From Treponema sp. (GTDB lineage: Bacteria; Spirochaetota; Spirochaetia; Treponematales; Treponemataceae): a DNA stretch of 64,000 bases. This document shows positions 1 through 9,405 of this stretch, in pieces (within the stretch, counting starts at the first letter, position 1; every line of letters starts with the position of its first letter). Made by a program: the position numbers and the translations under genes. The stretch spans positions 9,670-73,669 of the forward strand of contig JBHAFG010000007.1 of assembly GCA_041855945.1 (NCBI GenBank). Direction: 5' to 3'. Below the pieces are notes generated by a model. That model ran no database searches. It was given only the letters and a program-made list of their open reading frames with translations, and had not been told where the DNA came from.

Positions 1-26
1 CGACGTTTTTTCTTTTCACCACAACA

Positions 27-1508
27 TTGATTCTTGCGGGAAAAACGTACATCGGAGTGTATATGCTCATTCCCGCGGTGTCGTTCCTGCTTTCGCTCAT
101 ATTGATAAAGGTAAACCACCTGCGTACAGGTTCGTGGCTTACAACAGTTGGAATTTTTGCAGGCTGTGTGATGATTGCCTTCATAACCAAAAAAACGCCA
201 AACCCCGTGGTTGTATACAGACTCGGCTGTTTCTGCGCCGTAATGATAATCCTGAACTACACAATGGCGCTGCAGCAAAGCCAGATAACAATATTCTTCA
301 TGGCGGTCATGGTTCTGATTCCTGCAAGCACATTCATCCTTTACAGCGACGCAATGGAAGAAAATCTAAGACCGTGGCTTACGGACATAGCGGTGAACAT
401 CGTGGCGGAAATTACAGCGGGTCTTGCAGTATTTTCAACCAACAGGCTGACTGAAAAAATAATCCACCATTCTGAAAACGAGCACAACAAGGCAGAAGAA
501 AGCCTTCAGAAATTCACACACGTTCTTTCGCAGACAAGGGAAGGCCTGAACGTAGGAAAAAAACTGAACGAAAGCGCGGACGCCGCCTCGGCGAGCGTGA
601 ACGAAATAAACAGAATATACAACGCCCTCATGAAGGAAACCGAGGAACTGGAAGAACAGGTTACAAGCATAAAATCTTCGGGCGAGATTGTAAACCAGAA
701 CACAATCAGAATGAACGGAACAATCCGGGAACAGAACAATTCGCTTGAAGAAATGTCGTCCGCGATAACACAGATTGCAACCAACATTTCAAACGTAAAT
801 ACAATCGCCGAAAACAGACGCCAGGGAATGCAGAACGTAACGGAAATTCTCGACAAACTTGCAAGCCTCATACAGAAACTTGTAACACAGGTAGAACAGG
901 TGCAGGAATCTTCAAACGGAATCCAGTCCTTTGTAAAGACCGTTGACTCAATCGCAGGACAGACAAACCTTCTTGCAATGAACGCTTCGATTGAATCCGC
1001 GCACGCGGGAGAGGCCGGCAAGGGATTTGGAGTAATCGCGCAGGAAATCAGGAAACTTTCCGAAGAAACCACAAAGAACGCCACGCAGATTACAAAAACG
1101 CTGAACGAAAACACGGAAGTTGTACAGGAAACAACCTCATACGTGGGAGACATCGCGCAGTCCACAAAGAAAAGCACTGAAGAAATTCGGGCGACAATAA
1201 ATTCAATGGAAGAAATCATACACGGAATCCGCGAAATGGATATTGGAACAAAGGACGTAATGCATTCCGTGAACACGATTGTAAGCCAGTCGTCTGAAAA
1301 TTCAAAAATCATCGAGGAAGTTGTAAATCAGATCGAGGCGCAGACAGAAAGCCTTGATATTGTTACAAAATCCGCCTCGCAGCTGAGGGAACACGTAGCG
1401 CAGATAAGTTCCATGATTCAGGCGATTTCCGACGCAATGGAAGACGTGCATACAAGCGCAAGGGAAAACGAGGATGTTTCCGCAAAACTGGTGGCGCTTT
1501 TAAACTGA
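27..1508 (+). CDS. methyl-accepting chemotaxis protein (reading frame stays open back to position 3, so the true start may lie upstream of the window)
   Basis: Hydrophobic multi-TM N-terminus followed by the MCP signalling hairpin motif GQTNLLAMNASIESAHAGEAGKGFGVIAQEIRKLSEET. Confidence 0.9.
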   Translation: MILAGKTYIGVYMLIPAVSFLLSLILIKVNHLRTGSWLTTVGIFAGCVMIAFITKKTPNPVVVYRLGCFCAVMIILNYTMALQQSQITIFFMAVMVLIPASTFILYSDAMEENLRPWLTDIAVNIVAEITAGLAVFSTNRLTEKIIHHSENEHNKAEESLQKFTHVLSQTREGLNVGKKLNESADAASASVNEINRIYNALMKETEELEEQVTSIKSSGEIVNQNTIRMNGTIREQNNSLEEMSSAITQIATNISNVNTIAENRRQGMQNVTEILDKLASLIQKLVTQVEQVQESSNGIQSFVKTVDSIAGQTNLLAMNASIESAHAGEAGKGFGVIAQEIRKLSEETTKNATQITKTLNENTEVVQETTSYVGDIAQSTKKSTEEIRATINSMEEIIHGIREMDIGTKDVMHSVNTIVSQSSENSKIIEEVVNQIEAQTESLDIVTKSASQLREHVAQISSMIQAISDAMEDVHTSARENEDVSAKLVALLN

Positions 1509-1565
1509 CGGAGGAACAGACCGCAGGACGAACGCCGCCAAAACTAAAAACACAAGGACATTAAA

Positions 1566-2333
1566 ATGAAACAATACAAGTCGCAGCTGCTTGACGGCGG
1601 AATCTGTATGACCGCCGAATCTAAACTGCTTTTTGGAATGTGCGGACCTGACAAACGCGTCCATCTTACAGAGGTGATGGAATTCTGCGCGGACTATGTA
1701 ACAGACCTTTACACGCAGCGCGGTCAGAACCGTGATTTTTTAAGCGAGCATGGATACGCGCAGATGGTTTCGCGGTCGAGCTTCCACATAGAACGGCTTC
1801 CAAAGGAAAATGACGAAATCCGCGTTCTTGTAAGGGAAGAAAAGCCCGAAGGAATTCAGTTGATGCGCCATTACGAATTCAGGGACATGAACACGGACGA
1901 ACTTTTGATTGTTGGAAAAAGCCTTTGGGTGATTGTAAATCCCGCCACAAGGGATGTTGTAGTTCCCGCCAAATTTGAATTTCTTGCAAAGTCCGACGTA
2001 CAGACTGAAGCCGAATGTGTAAAACCCGGAAGGATAAGAATTCCCGACGGAACTGTACATCTTGGAAGCCAAAAAATTCTTTATTCAATGATTGACGGAA
2101 ATGGACACCTTACAAACGCCAAGTATATAAATTTTGCGACAGATTTTCTTCCCGAAGAATACCAGAAAAAAAACGTCCGGGATTTCAGGCTGAATTTCTG
2201 CAAGGAAATCAGAATGGGCGACACAATGCAGGTGAACGCGTTTTTTGACGACCAGGCAAACAAGATCTTTGTAGAGGGAAAAATCGCATCAACCGGCGAA
2301 CGTTCTTTTGAATGTGAGCTTGTGTTCGCCTAG
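1566..2333 (+). CDS. acyl-ACP thioesterase family protein
   Basis: About 250 aa with a double hot-dog layout. The second half carries DGNGHLTNAKYINF, resembling the D-x-N-x-H-V-N-N-x-x-Y motif of FatA/B-like acyl-ACP thioesterases. Confidence 0.65.
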   Translation: MKQYKSQLLDGGICMTAESKLLFGMCGPDKRVHLTEVMEFCADYVTDLYTQRGQNRDFLSEHGYAQMVSRSSFHIERLPKENDEIRVLVREEKPEGIQLMRHYEFRDMNTDELLIVGKSLWVIVNPATRDVVVPAKFEFLAKSDVQTEAECVKPGRIRIPDGTVHLGSQKILYSMIDGNGHLTNAKYINFATDFLPEEYQKKNVRDFRLNFCKEIRMGDTMQVNAFFDDQANKIFVEGKIASTGERSFECELVFA

Positions 2334-2361
2334 AAAGTTTTACAAGCCCGGCGTGTTCAGG

Positions 2362-3216
2362 TTATTTTCTGCTTCGCGCGATGAAAACGCATACAGCGTA
2401 TACAAGTATGTCCGCCATTACAATCGTAGAGCCTACAGGAGTTCCTGCAAGAATTGAAATCAGTAGTCCTGCAACTGCGCACAGCACTGAATCAACGCAC
2501 GAAAAAATCACCACGGACCGAAAACTTTTTACAAGCGATGTTGCGCTCATCACGGGAAAAACAATCAGGGCGGAAATCAGAAGGCTTCCAACAAGGTTCA
2601 TCGCCGTAACTATTACAATTGCAATCATAACCGCCATTGCGACCTTTAAAAGAATCGTGTTCAGTCCGCTTGCCTTTGCAAAATCTTCGTCGAACGTAAG
2701 GCTGAAAATCCTGCTGTAGAACACAAGATAAAAAATCAGAACGGCCGCGGAAAGTATTATGCTGAAAACCACCTGTGATTTTGCAAGAGTCAGAATCGAG
2801 GTTGAACCAAAAAGCGTTGTACATACGTCGCCTGCAAGGTTGGACTTGGGCTTGAATATGTTCATTACAAGATAGCCGAACGCAAGAGAACCCGCGCTGA
2901 GCATAGCAATCGCGGAGTCTCCCTTTACCTTTGAACTTTTTTTTGTACACAGAATGAAGACTGCAAAAACCGCCGTAACGGGAAGTACAAAATACATATT
3001 GTTCGTAAATTTTAAAACCGTGGCAAGTGCAAGCGCGCCAAAAGCGGTGTGGCTAAGCCCGTCGCCTATGAACGAATAGCGTTTCAGCACAAGAGTAACT
3101 CCCAAGAGCGCGGAAATACAGGCGATGAGAATTCCTGTTACAAAGGCGTACACCACAAAAGAATACTGGAAATATTCGCGCAGTTTTTCAAAAATTTCAG
3201 GCATTGTTTTCTCCAT
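2362..3216 (-). CDS. metal (Zn/Mn/Fe) ABC transporter permease, ABC-3 (ZnuB/TroC/TroD-like) family
   Basis: 284 aa and very hydrophobic (8-9 TM). GDGLSHTAFGALALA-type motif typical of ABC-3 permeases. Its start overlaps the stop of the Fur-family gene by 20 nt. Confidence 0.8.
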   Translation of the reverse strand: MEKTMPEIFEKLREYFQYSFVVYAFVTGILIACISALLGVTLVLKRYSFIGDGLSHTAFGALALATVLKFTNNMYFVLPVTAVFAVFILCTKKSSKVKGDSAIAMLSAGSLAFGYLVMNIFKPKSNLAGDVCTTLFGSTSILTLAKSQVVFSIILSAAVLIFYLVFYSRIFSLTFDEDFAKASGLNTILLKVAMAVMIAIVIVTAMNLVGSLLISALIVFPVMSATSLVKSFRSVVIFSCVDSVLCAVAGLLISILAGTPVGSTIVMADILVYAVCVFIARSRK

Positions 3217-3616
3217 TGTCCTTGCATTTCCTGCAAAGTCCGTTAAGCGACGAACACGTCATGTCAATTTCAAATCCAAGTTTTTCAGAAATCTCGGTCA
3301 GAAAGGAAACAGTGGAACGGTCGGAAAGGTGTATTACCGAACCGCACCTGCTGCACTGAAAGTGTATGTGTTCCGCGCAGTCCTCGTCCGCCTGCTGGTA
3401 CACATAACCGTCGCTCACGTGCGATTTGTGTTTTACAAGGCTTCCTGATTCCGTCAGTCTGTCAAGGTTTCTGTATACGGTCGTCTTGTTCACGTCAAGT
3501 CCGTTCTTCTTCAGAAAGTCTGAAAGTTCCGCGGCTGTAAAACCACGCTCGTTCTTTGACTTTATGAACTCAAGCGTAAGTTCCGATGTTCTGGTTCTGT
3601 ATGACTTTTGCAACAT
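3197..3616 (-). CDS. Fur-family metalloregulator (Zur-like by context)
   Basis: Winged-helix motif TVYRNLDRLTESGSLVKH plus CSRCGSVIHL ... CRKC paired cysteine motifs. Co-transcribed with the metal permease. Confidence 0.8.
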   Translation of the reverse strand: MLQKSYRTRTSELTLEFIKSKNERGFTAAELSDFLKKNGLDVNKTTVYRNLDRLTESGSLVKHKSHVSDGYVYQQADEDCAEHIHFQCSRCGSVIHLSDRSTVSFLTEISEKLGFEIDMTCSSLNGLCRKCKDNGENNA

Positions 3617-3622
3617 GGTTGC

Positions 3623-3651
3623 ATGTTATACGCAATGAATAAGATTGTCAA
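3623..3651 (-). promoter_or_regulatory. sigma70-like promoter TTGACA-N17-TAACAT; the -10 ends 6 nt before the zur-like ATG (candidate leaderless transcript)
   Basis: Minus strand reads TTGACAatcttattcattgcgtaTAACATgcaaccATG. No Shine-Dalgarno sequence is visible. Confidence 0.4.
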
Positions 3652-3676
3652 CAAATGTAAACAAACTTGTCAAAAA

Positions 3677-4207
3677 TCACGATTCGTTTACAAGTTTTCC
3701 GGTCATGTGTTCAACTGTGATTTCCGTGATGCACACGGCGGAAATGAACCTTCTGATTTCGTCTTCTATGTATTCGCCGTCGTCAACGAATTTTTTTCCA
3801 AGTCCGCGAAGCACCTTGAGCACGGTGTCATGGTCGTCCACTGTTTTTATTCGTCCAAAAACAATCACGCTCTTTACGTTCAGCGACCACTCGCCTTCTT
3901 TTTTAAACCCTGAATCGTACACACAGTATGAAACCTTGTCGCAGACGTGTATGGAATCAAACCTGTGTCCCGCCTTTGCGCAGTGAAAGTAAATCTTACC
4001 GTTTTCTTCGTCGTACCAGTGGTTCATTGGCATTCCATACGGATAGCCGCCGTCGCCCAATACAGAAAGCACGCCGCGTTTTTCCTGTTTTAGAATCTGC
4101 ACGCAGTCCTTTGCGTCCAACTGCTGCTTGAAACGCCTCATTCCGCGAAAGTTTGCATCGGATTTTTTTTGTAAATCCGTATTTTCAGTTTTCTGCGTTT
4201 GTTCCAT
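3677..4207 (-). CDS. pyridoxamine 5'-phosphate oxidase family FMN-binding protein (NimA-like)
   Basis: 176 aa. GVLSVLGDGGYPYGMPMNHWYDEENGKIYFHCAKAGHRF resembles the split-barrel PNPOx/Nim family. Confidence 0.6.
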   Translation of the reverse strand: MEQTQKTENTDLQKKSDANFRGMRRFKQQLDAKDCVQILKQEKRGVLSVLGDGGYPYGMPMNHWYDEENGKIYFHCAKAGHRFDSIHVCDKVSYCVYDSGFKKEGEWSLNVKSVIVFGRIKTVDDHDTVLKVLRGLGKKFVDDGEYIEDEIRRFISAVCITEITVEHMTGKLVNES

Positions 4208-4252
4208 AAAAAATCCTTGGAAATTTACAGTTTGACTTTAAAAAAATCAGCG

Positions 4253-5680
4253 TTAGAACTTTCCGCCGCCCAGTGTAAGGGAAATTTTTGCGTCAACTGA
4301 AGGCGCCCTGTTCCACGCCTCGAATGTAATGTACGGTCCTACTCCAATCTTAAAATTCTTGAACGGAGTCCAGTTCATCGTCGCGGAAAAAGTCGCCGTG
4401 CTCAGGAATGTTCCTGACGACGAGGAAATCGCGTTTCTTACAGAATCGTCCAGTTTTTCCTTTCCAAAATTGACCATTCCAAACACCACGGCGCCAAAGT
4501 CCCGTGTTCCAAAGATTCTTGCGAAATTCACCACGGCCGCAACATTGTGTCCCTTTGTAAAATAGTTGTGAGTCATGTCTGAATAATTTCTTGACGAAAT
4601 CGCCGACACAAGGTCAAAATCCTTTACGTCAAAGCCGTCAAAATAATACTGGGCGGCAAACGTAATCTCCGGAGTCTTCCAGTAATAGTTCAGCCCTGCC
4701 GTCGCAAAAAACAGGCCGCTCTTTCCGCCATACGACTTGTCGGCCGACCATTCGCCCTGGGTTCCGTGTTGATACACGCCTTCCGCAAAAAATCCAATCT
4801 TTGAAAACAGCGTTCCGCTCGCGGTAAGCATCGCCCTTGGAGAATCCTCATGCCGCCAGTACGCGCCAAGACCAAATTCCCAGCCGCCAAACACAAGGTC
4901 GGCCTTTGCGGCGAATGCGGTTTTGTTCAAATACGATTCGGCGGACGAAACGCCCAGAAAATCCGTGGAAGGAATTATGTAAAACCAGAGGCAGTTCTGC
5001 GTTCCGCTGAAAGTAATCTGCGTGCGGAGGTTCAAACTTCCGTCAACCTGGCTGTCAGTTGATTCTGGATCAATCATTGAAGTGTTGATCATGTCTGAAA
5101 CAGGACTGAAAAAATATCCCGTTCCCCACGTTACTGTATGCTTTCCAAACCTGAAGAACGCCCTGTCCGCAAAGGAAAAATCCGTGAAAAGTTCCTTCAG
5201 CGTGATGTAGTCCGTGATGTTCGTGCTTACAGTGGTAAAGTATGAATCAATGGAAGAAATTCCGTTGGTGCTTGCCAATGAACTTGCAAGACTTCTGAAA
5301 GGATACGCAAGACCGAATTTTGTGTACATGCGGAGGTTGTTTGACGGACGCGCGTCAACTGAAAGAAGCGCCTCGGCCGCAGGCTTCAATGTTGCGCCTT
5401 CAAGCCGCGCTGTAAAGGATTTTTCGTCGTCGGCGTACAACGGAATTTTTGCTTCCATCGACGTTTTAAAAGTTCCGCCGATTTTTATGCTTCCCGTTTC
5501 AAAAAGAGAACCCCTGTTAAGCTCCGATGAAAATTTTCCAGTCTGCGTTTCTTCAATTTCAACAATGGCGGAGTCACCAAAAAGATCGTCGTCTGAAAAA
5601 AAATCATCGTCGTTCTGGGAAAACGCCGCGGAAAGGACGGCCGCAAACACGCCAAGCGCAAACACTGTCTTTTTGTTCAT
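4253..5680 (-). CDS. putative outer-membrane beta-barrel protein, last gene of the ABC/LolA-like operon
   Basis: Signal peptide MNKKTVFALGVFAAVLSAAFS, alternating beta-strand-like sequence, C-terminal ...GGGKF (terminal Phe). ATGA start/stop overlap with the upstream gene. Confidence 0.6.
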   Translation of the reverse strand: MNKKTVFALGVFAAVLSAAFSQNDDDFFSDDDLFGDSAIVEIEETQTGKFSSELNRGSLFETGSIKIGGTFKTSMEAKIPLYADDEKSFTARLEGATLKPAAEALLSVDARPSNNLRMYTKFGLAYPFRSLASSLASTNGISSIDSYFTTVSTNITDYITLKELFTDFSFADRAFFRFGKHTVTWGTGYFFSPVSDMINTSMIDPESTDSQVDGSLNLRTQITFSGTQNCLWFYIIPSTDFLGVSSAESYLNKTAFAAKADLVFGGWEFGLGAYWRHEDSPRAMLTASGTLFSKIGFFAEGVYQHGTQGEWSADKSYGGKSGLFFATAGLNYYWKTPEITFAAQYYFDGFDVKDFDLVSAISSRNYSDMTHNYFTKGHNVAAVVNFARIFGTRDFGAVVFGMVNFGKEKLDDSVRNAISSSSGTFLSTATFSATMNWTPFKNFKIGVGPYITFEAWNRAPSVDAKISLTLGGGKF

Positions 5681-6468
5681 CAGTTCAAGCCCTCAAGATA
5701 CGCCTTTGTAAAAATGTAGTCGGGAAGCGAATCAAACACAAGGTCGCTTACAACCTGCTGTGTGTTTTCGCCCTTGTTCAACTCGTCGCGTATTATCGCC
5801 TGTACGCCAGCGTAGCCCCCCGGAACTTTTGAATATTTTGGCACAAGAACAGTGCGCATGAGCCGTCCTGAACCTGAAAAATCTTCCTCCTTGAGCGTAA
5901 GGGGAATGTCGGTCCTGACGTAATACGTGGACTTTGCGTATGAAGGCTCGGTGGTCTTTGCGGTGAGCGTAATTTTATGCACGGAAAATTTTCCAAGACT
6001 TGTCTGGACGATTTCCGCTACATCGTAATTTTTGCGCCATTTTTCCCTGCTTTGTTCAACGTCGTCAATCTTTACGTCGGAATCGCCAAGCGCCTCCTTT
6101 ATGGACGAGTGTGAAAATTTACGGCTTATCGGGTCGTACGCCCAGATGTTGTCGCCGTCACGCAGATAGCCTGAACCCTTGTCAGCCTCCGGAAAAAGCT
6201 GGACGATTGTCATAAGTTTTTTGTCGACACGCTGAAAAATCTTGTACTGCAGGTTTTCGTTTGGTTTGTTCGGTTTTTCTATTACAAGCGAGATTGTAGC
6301 GGAATAGTCGCCCTTGTATGCAAGAACGTCGTCGGTTGATTCCATTATCCTGTAAGCCTTTTCCGCGTCCTGCTGGCTTACCTGCGCATTTGCAAAACAC
6401 GCGGCAAGTGCAAGGATGGCCGCCGATACAAAACAGGTTTTTCTGGTTTTTGTAAAAATATTTAACAT
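5680..6468 (-). CDS. LolA-like outer membrane lipoprotein-sorting protein family
   Basis: Signal peptide after the internal Met (MLNIFTKTRKTCFVSAAILALAACFANA) with GGAG RBS upstream. About 260 aa, consistent in size and context with LolA-fold proteins found beside MacB/LolCE-type ABC systems. Confidence 0.55.
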   Translation of the reverse strand: MLNIFTKTRKTCFVSAAILALAACFANAQVSQQDAEKAYRIMESTDDVLAYKGDYSATISLVIEKPNKPNENLQYKIFQRVDKKLMTIVQLFPEADKGSGYLRDGDNIWAYDPISRKFSHSSIKEALGDSDVKIDDVEQSREKWRKNYDVAEIVQTSLGKFSVHKITLTAKTTEPSYAKSTYYVRTDIPLTLKEEDFSGSGRLMRTVLVPKYSKVPGGYAGVQAIIRDELNKGENTQQVVSDLVFDSLPDYIFTKAYLEGLN

Positions 6469-6532
6469 GGTTTTCTCCAAAATTGATGTACACGTGATGT
6501 ACACGCCGCGGTGGCGTTCATACAGCCGATGT

Positions 6533-7876
6533 TTATTTTACGGTCCTGAGCGCTTCCGCAGGACTCATGGCCGAAGCCTTTTTTGCAGAGCCTCGCACCG
6601 CAAAACTTGTAAGGGCGATTAAAAGAATGTACTGCCCGATTATTGAAACAGGCGAAAGCCTAAAGCTGAACCGTCCGCCGTCAAGGAAGAACGTAAGCGA
6701 CTCGTTTGATATTGGAATCAAATGCACAACTGCCATTACAATTACAGCGAGGATGAAGCCCGCGCAGGCGCCAATCAGACACAGGATGACCGCCTCCGCT
6801 GTAAAAGTCCTTCCCGTATCCCTGCCCGTCATTCCAAGCGCGCGCATCGTTCCAATTTCGCGGATTCTTTCGTACAGCACCATGCGGTATGTGTTTGCCA
6901 CTCCCACCATTACAATCAAAAGTATTACAATCAGAATCTGCATGGTAACGATGTGTACAACAGAAAAAACTGTTTTTATGGCGGGAACTTCGTAATACAG
7001 GGTTGAAACCGCGTATTTTACACCCTCCCACTGTTCGTCCTCGCTTAGCAGCTGTTTTTCAAGTCCCTGCCCAATGTTTGTCGGATTTGTCTTTACCGCA
7101 GCGGCGATGCTTGTAACATTGTGTCCGTCCGCACGGATTCTGTCCTCAATCATTTTTGCGACCCTTGACTGTTCGTTCTTGTTTTTAAGAAAAACCGTGA
7201 ACGTTGAATATCCGCCCTCTGGAATTTCAACAAGAGAATTTATTGTTTCTATGTTTGCGTAGGCAATCATTCCGTTTATAAAACTGTTCGACTTTATTAT
7301 CGCCGCAATCTTGAAGTCCTCCACGTTGTTCTGTCCGTAAATCGTGGTGGCTGTAATTATTACGTCGTCGCCAACTTCAAGGTTCATGGATTCAGCGGTT
7401 TTTTCGCTCACTATGAGGGCCTTCCTGTCCTTGAAATTCTCCTTGCTTCCCTTCAGAATCTGAAAATTGTCCGCAAGATGTGAATCTTCAAGGTCATAGC
7501 CGTAAATCTGAAAGAGGGATTTTTTGCCCTCAAAAATCATCTGCCCCATTGCAAACGAATATCTGGAATAATACGTGTATTTTATGTGAAGGTCGTTCAC
7601 AAGGTTCAACACGTAATCCTTGTCGCGCACTATTCTTGAAAGCGTTGATTTTCCGCCTTCCTTTGTAGGTGGAGTTTTTTCAAAGCCCTGCAGAAGCACC
7701 GAACCGCCTGTCATCTGCGTAATCTGATTTTCAAGATTTTCAACCATTCCTGTTGTAAGTCCGTCAATCAGTGTAACAACAAAAAATCCAAAGGCTATTG
7801 CCGCCGCAAGAACTGCGCTGCGTCTTTTTTGACGCGTAAGGTTTCTGAGTGCAAGATTTATTGTTCTGTTCATCAT
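6533..7876 (-). CDS. ABC transporter permease, FtsX/MacB/LolCE-like
   Basis: N-terminal TM, large periplasmic domain, C-terminal FtsX-type 3-TM bundle with REIGTMRALGMT motif. Confidence 0.85.
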   Translation of the reverse strand: MMNRTINLALRNLTRQKRRSAVLAAAIAFGFFVVTLIDGLTTGMVENLENQITQMTGGSVLLQGFEKTPPTKEGGKSTLSRIVRDKDYVLNLVNDLHIKYTYYSRYSFAMGQMIFEGKKSLFQIYGYDLEDSHLADNFQILKGSKENFKDRKALIVSEKTAESMNLEVGDDVIITATTIYGQNNVEDFKIAAIIKSNSFINGMIAYANIETINSLVEIPEGGYSTFTVFLKNKNEQSRVAKMIEDRIRADGHNVTSIAAAVKTNPTNIGQGLEKQLLSEDEQWEGVKYAVSTLYYEVPAIKTVFSVVHIVTMQILIVILLIVMVGVANTYRMVLYERIREIGTMRALGMTGRDTGRTFTAEAVILCLIGACAGFILAVIVMAVVHLIPISNESLTFFLDGGRFSFRLSPVSIIGQYILLIALTSFAVRGSAKKASAMSPAEALRTVK

Positions 7877-9405
7877 TCACTTCCCTTGGAAAGTGCCTTT
7901 AACGGTGTGATTTTTAACGCCGAAGACACAGGATAGATATTGCTCACCACGCTTGCAAGTGTGGCAAATACAAGTGTTCCAAACACAATCGTAAAAGTCG
8001 GACTGAAATGTACAAGTCCTCCGCCAAGAATCATTTTTGCAATTTCGTTCGAGACAGAAATGTTGAACGAATTGAAAACAACAACAACAACAAACGCAAG
8101 GACGATTCCTGCAAACGAAGAAATCAGCGTGAGCGAAATCGCCTCCGTATAGAAAAGTTTCCTTACAAAGGATTTTTCCGCACCAATCGCGCGCATAGTT
8201 CCAATTTCACCCGTACGTTCAATGACCGAAACCATCATCGTGTTCATTACTATTATGAATACAACCACCACAAGAATTCCAATCAGAAGGTTGAATATGA
8301 AGCCGATTCCTGCGACCATTCCCGTGTATGAAATGGCCGCCCGCTTCCAGTCCATCACCTGAACGTTTTCTATTCCGGCCGCCTTCAACTGCCCCTGGAA
8401 ATTTGCCACAGTCTTTTTCAAGGCGCGTGGATTTTTAAGTTTCAGCAGGACAAAATTCCATGAGCCGTCGTCCGTCCTGTTCAGTTGGTCGCGCAGACTT
8501 GTATCGCCAAGAATGTTGTTGAAGTCGTTCTGGAAAGAATTTGAATCGGAAACGTCAAAGTCGTCCTGGAACATATCTCCAAAAAGGTCGTCCTCGTCCA
8601 TGGAAGAAAGCGAAAGGTCAACCTCCGCCGGAAGCTCCTGCTTGAACGAAGACGCGTACGTCAAATCCGCGAACGACCTTGCAAACTGCGGCGAGGAATA
8701 CACGATTTTTGTCATAGCGGAATGTTCGTCGGGCGTGGTGAAAAATCCGCAGATTGTTCCCTCGCGTATGATTCCCTTTGTGTTCGCGCCCATAAGAAGA
8801 ATCTTGTCGCCCAGTTTCAATTCCTGCTCAAAAATCTTCTTAAAGTTGTCCGAAAACCTTGTATCAAGCAGAACCTCGTTTGAGCCGTCGGAAGGAATAC
8901 GCCCTTCCCTTATGTTGATTCCTGAAAATGTTTCCCAGTAGGATTTTTCATCGCCTGCAAAAAGAAGTCCAACGGGCATATCTGTAAAAGAGATGTCGTC
9001 GCGCTTTGAAAAGGCCTCCATGTCAACTTCCACATCGTTTGAAATTATAACCTGCGCGCTGATCTGACGCGTAAAACCTTTTACATCCGCGTCGGCTGAA
9101 ACCATTTCAATGATTTTTTCGATTTCTGGAAGGGCTGGAACCTGCGGAAGGTTTCCGTCCACGGTGGTCCTGTTCACTCCGAATATGTCGATGGTTTCTC
9201 CCTTTTTTGAAACCGACGAAAAAACAATGTCGCCCGTGTAATTTGCGCGAAGGTCTTTTTCAAGTCCACGGTTCACGCTTTCAAGAAAACTGTTTCCAAG
9301 AATTACAATCGCGACGCCGAACACCAGAAAAAGCGAAACTATTACAGTCTTGGCTTTGTGTTCACGCAGATTCCGCAAAGCAAGACGGAATATTGTAGCC
9401 ATCAT
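7873..9405 (-). CDS. ABC transporter permease, FtsX/MacB/LolCE-like (second copy)
   Basis: Same architecture as the neighbouring permease. GEIGTMRAIGAEK motif. 4-nt overlaps with both neighbours. Confidence 0.85.
   Translation of the reverse strand: MMATIFRLALRNLREHKAKTVIVSLFLVFGVAIVILGNSFLESVNRGLEKDLRANYTGDIVFSSVSKKGETIDIFGVNRTTVDGNLPQVPALPEIEKIIEMVSADADVKGFTRQISAQVIISNDVEVDMEAFSKRDDISFTDMPVGLLFAGDEKSYWETFSGINIREGRIPSDGSNEVLLDTRFSDNFKKIFEQELKLGDKILLMGANTKGIIREGTICGFFTTPDEHSAMTKIVYSSPQFARSFADLTYASSFKQELPAEVDLSLSSMDEDDLFGDMFQDDFDVSDSNSFQNDFNNILGDTSLRDQLNRTDDGSWNFVLLKLKNPRALKKTVANFQGQLKAAGIENVQVMDWKRAAISYTGMVAGIGFIFNLLIGILVVVVFIIVMNTMMVSVIERTGEIGTMRAIGAEKSFVRKLFYTEAISLTLISSFAGIVLAFVVVVVFNSFNISVSNEIAKMILGGGLVHFSPTFTIVFGTLVFATLASVVSNIYPVSSALKITPLKALSKGSE

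Noticed and set aside
506-1312. 268-aa ORF antisense to the MCP gene
   Set aside because: It lies entirely within and opposite a CDS with unmistakable MCP motifs. Its low-complexity Ser/Phe/Cys-rich translation is typical of antisense frames.
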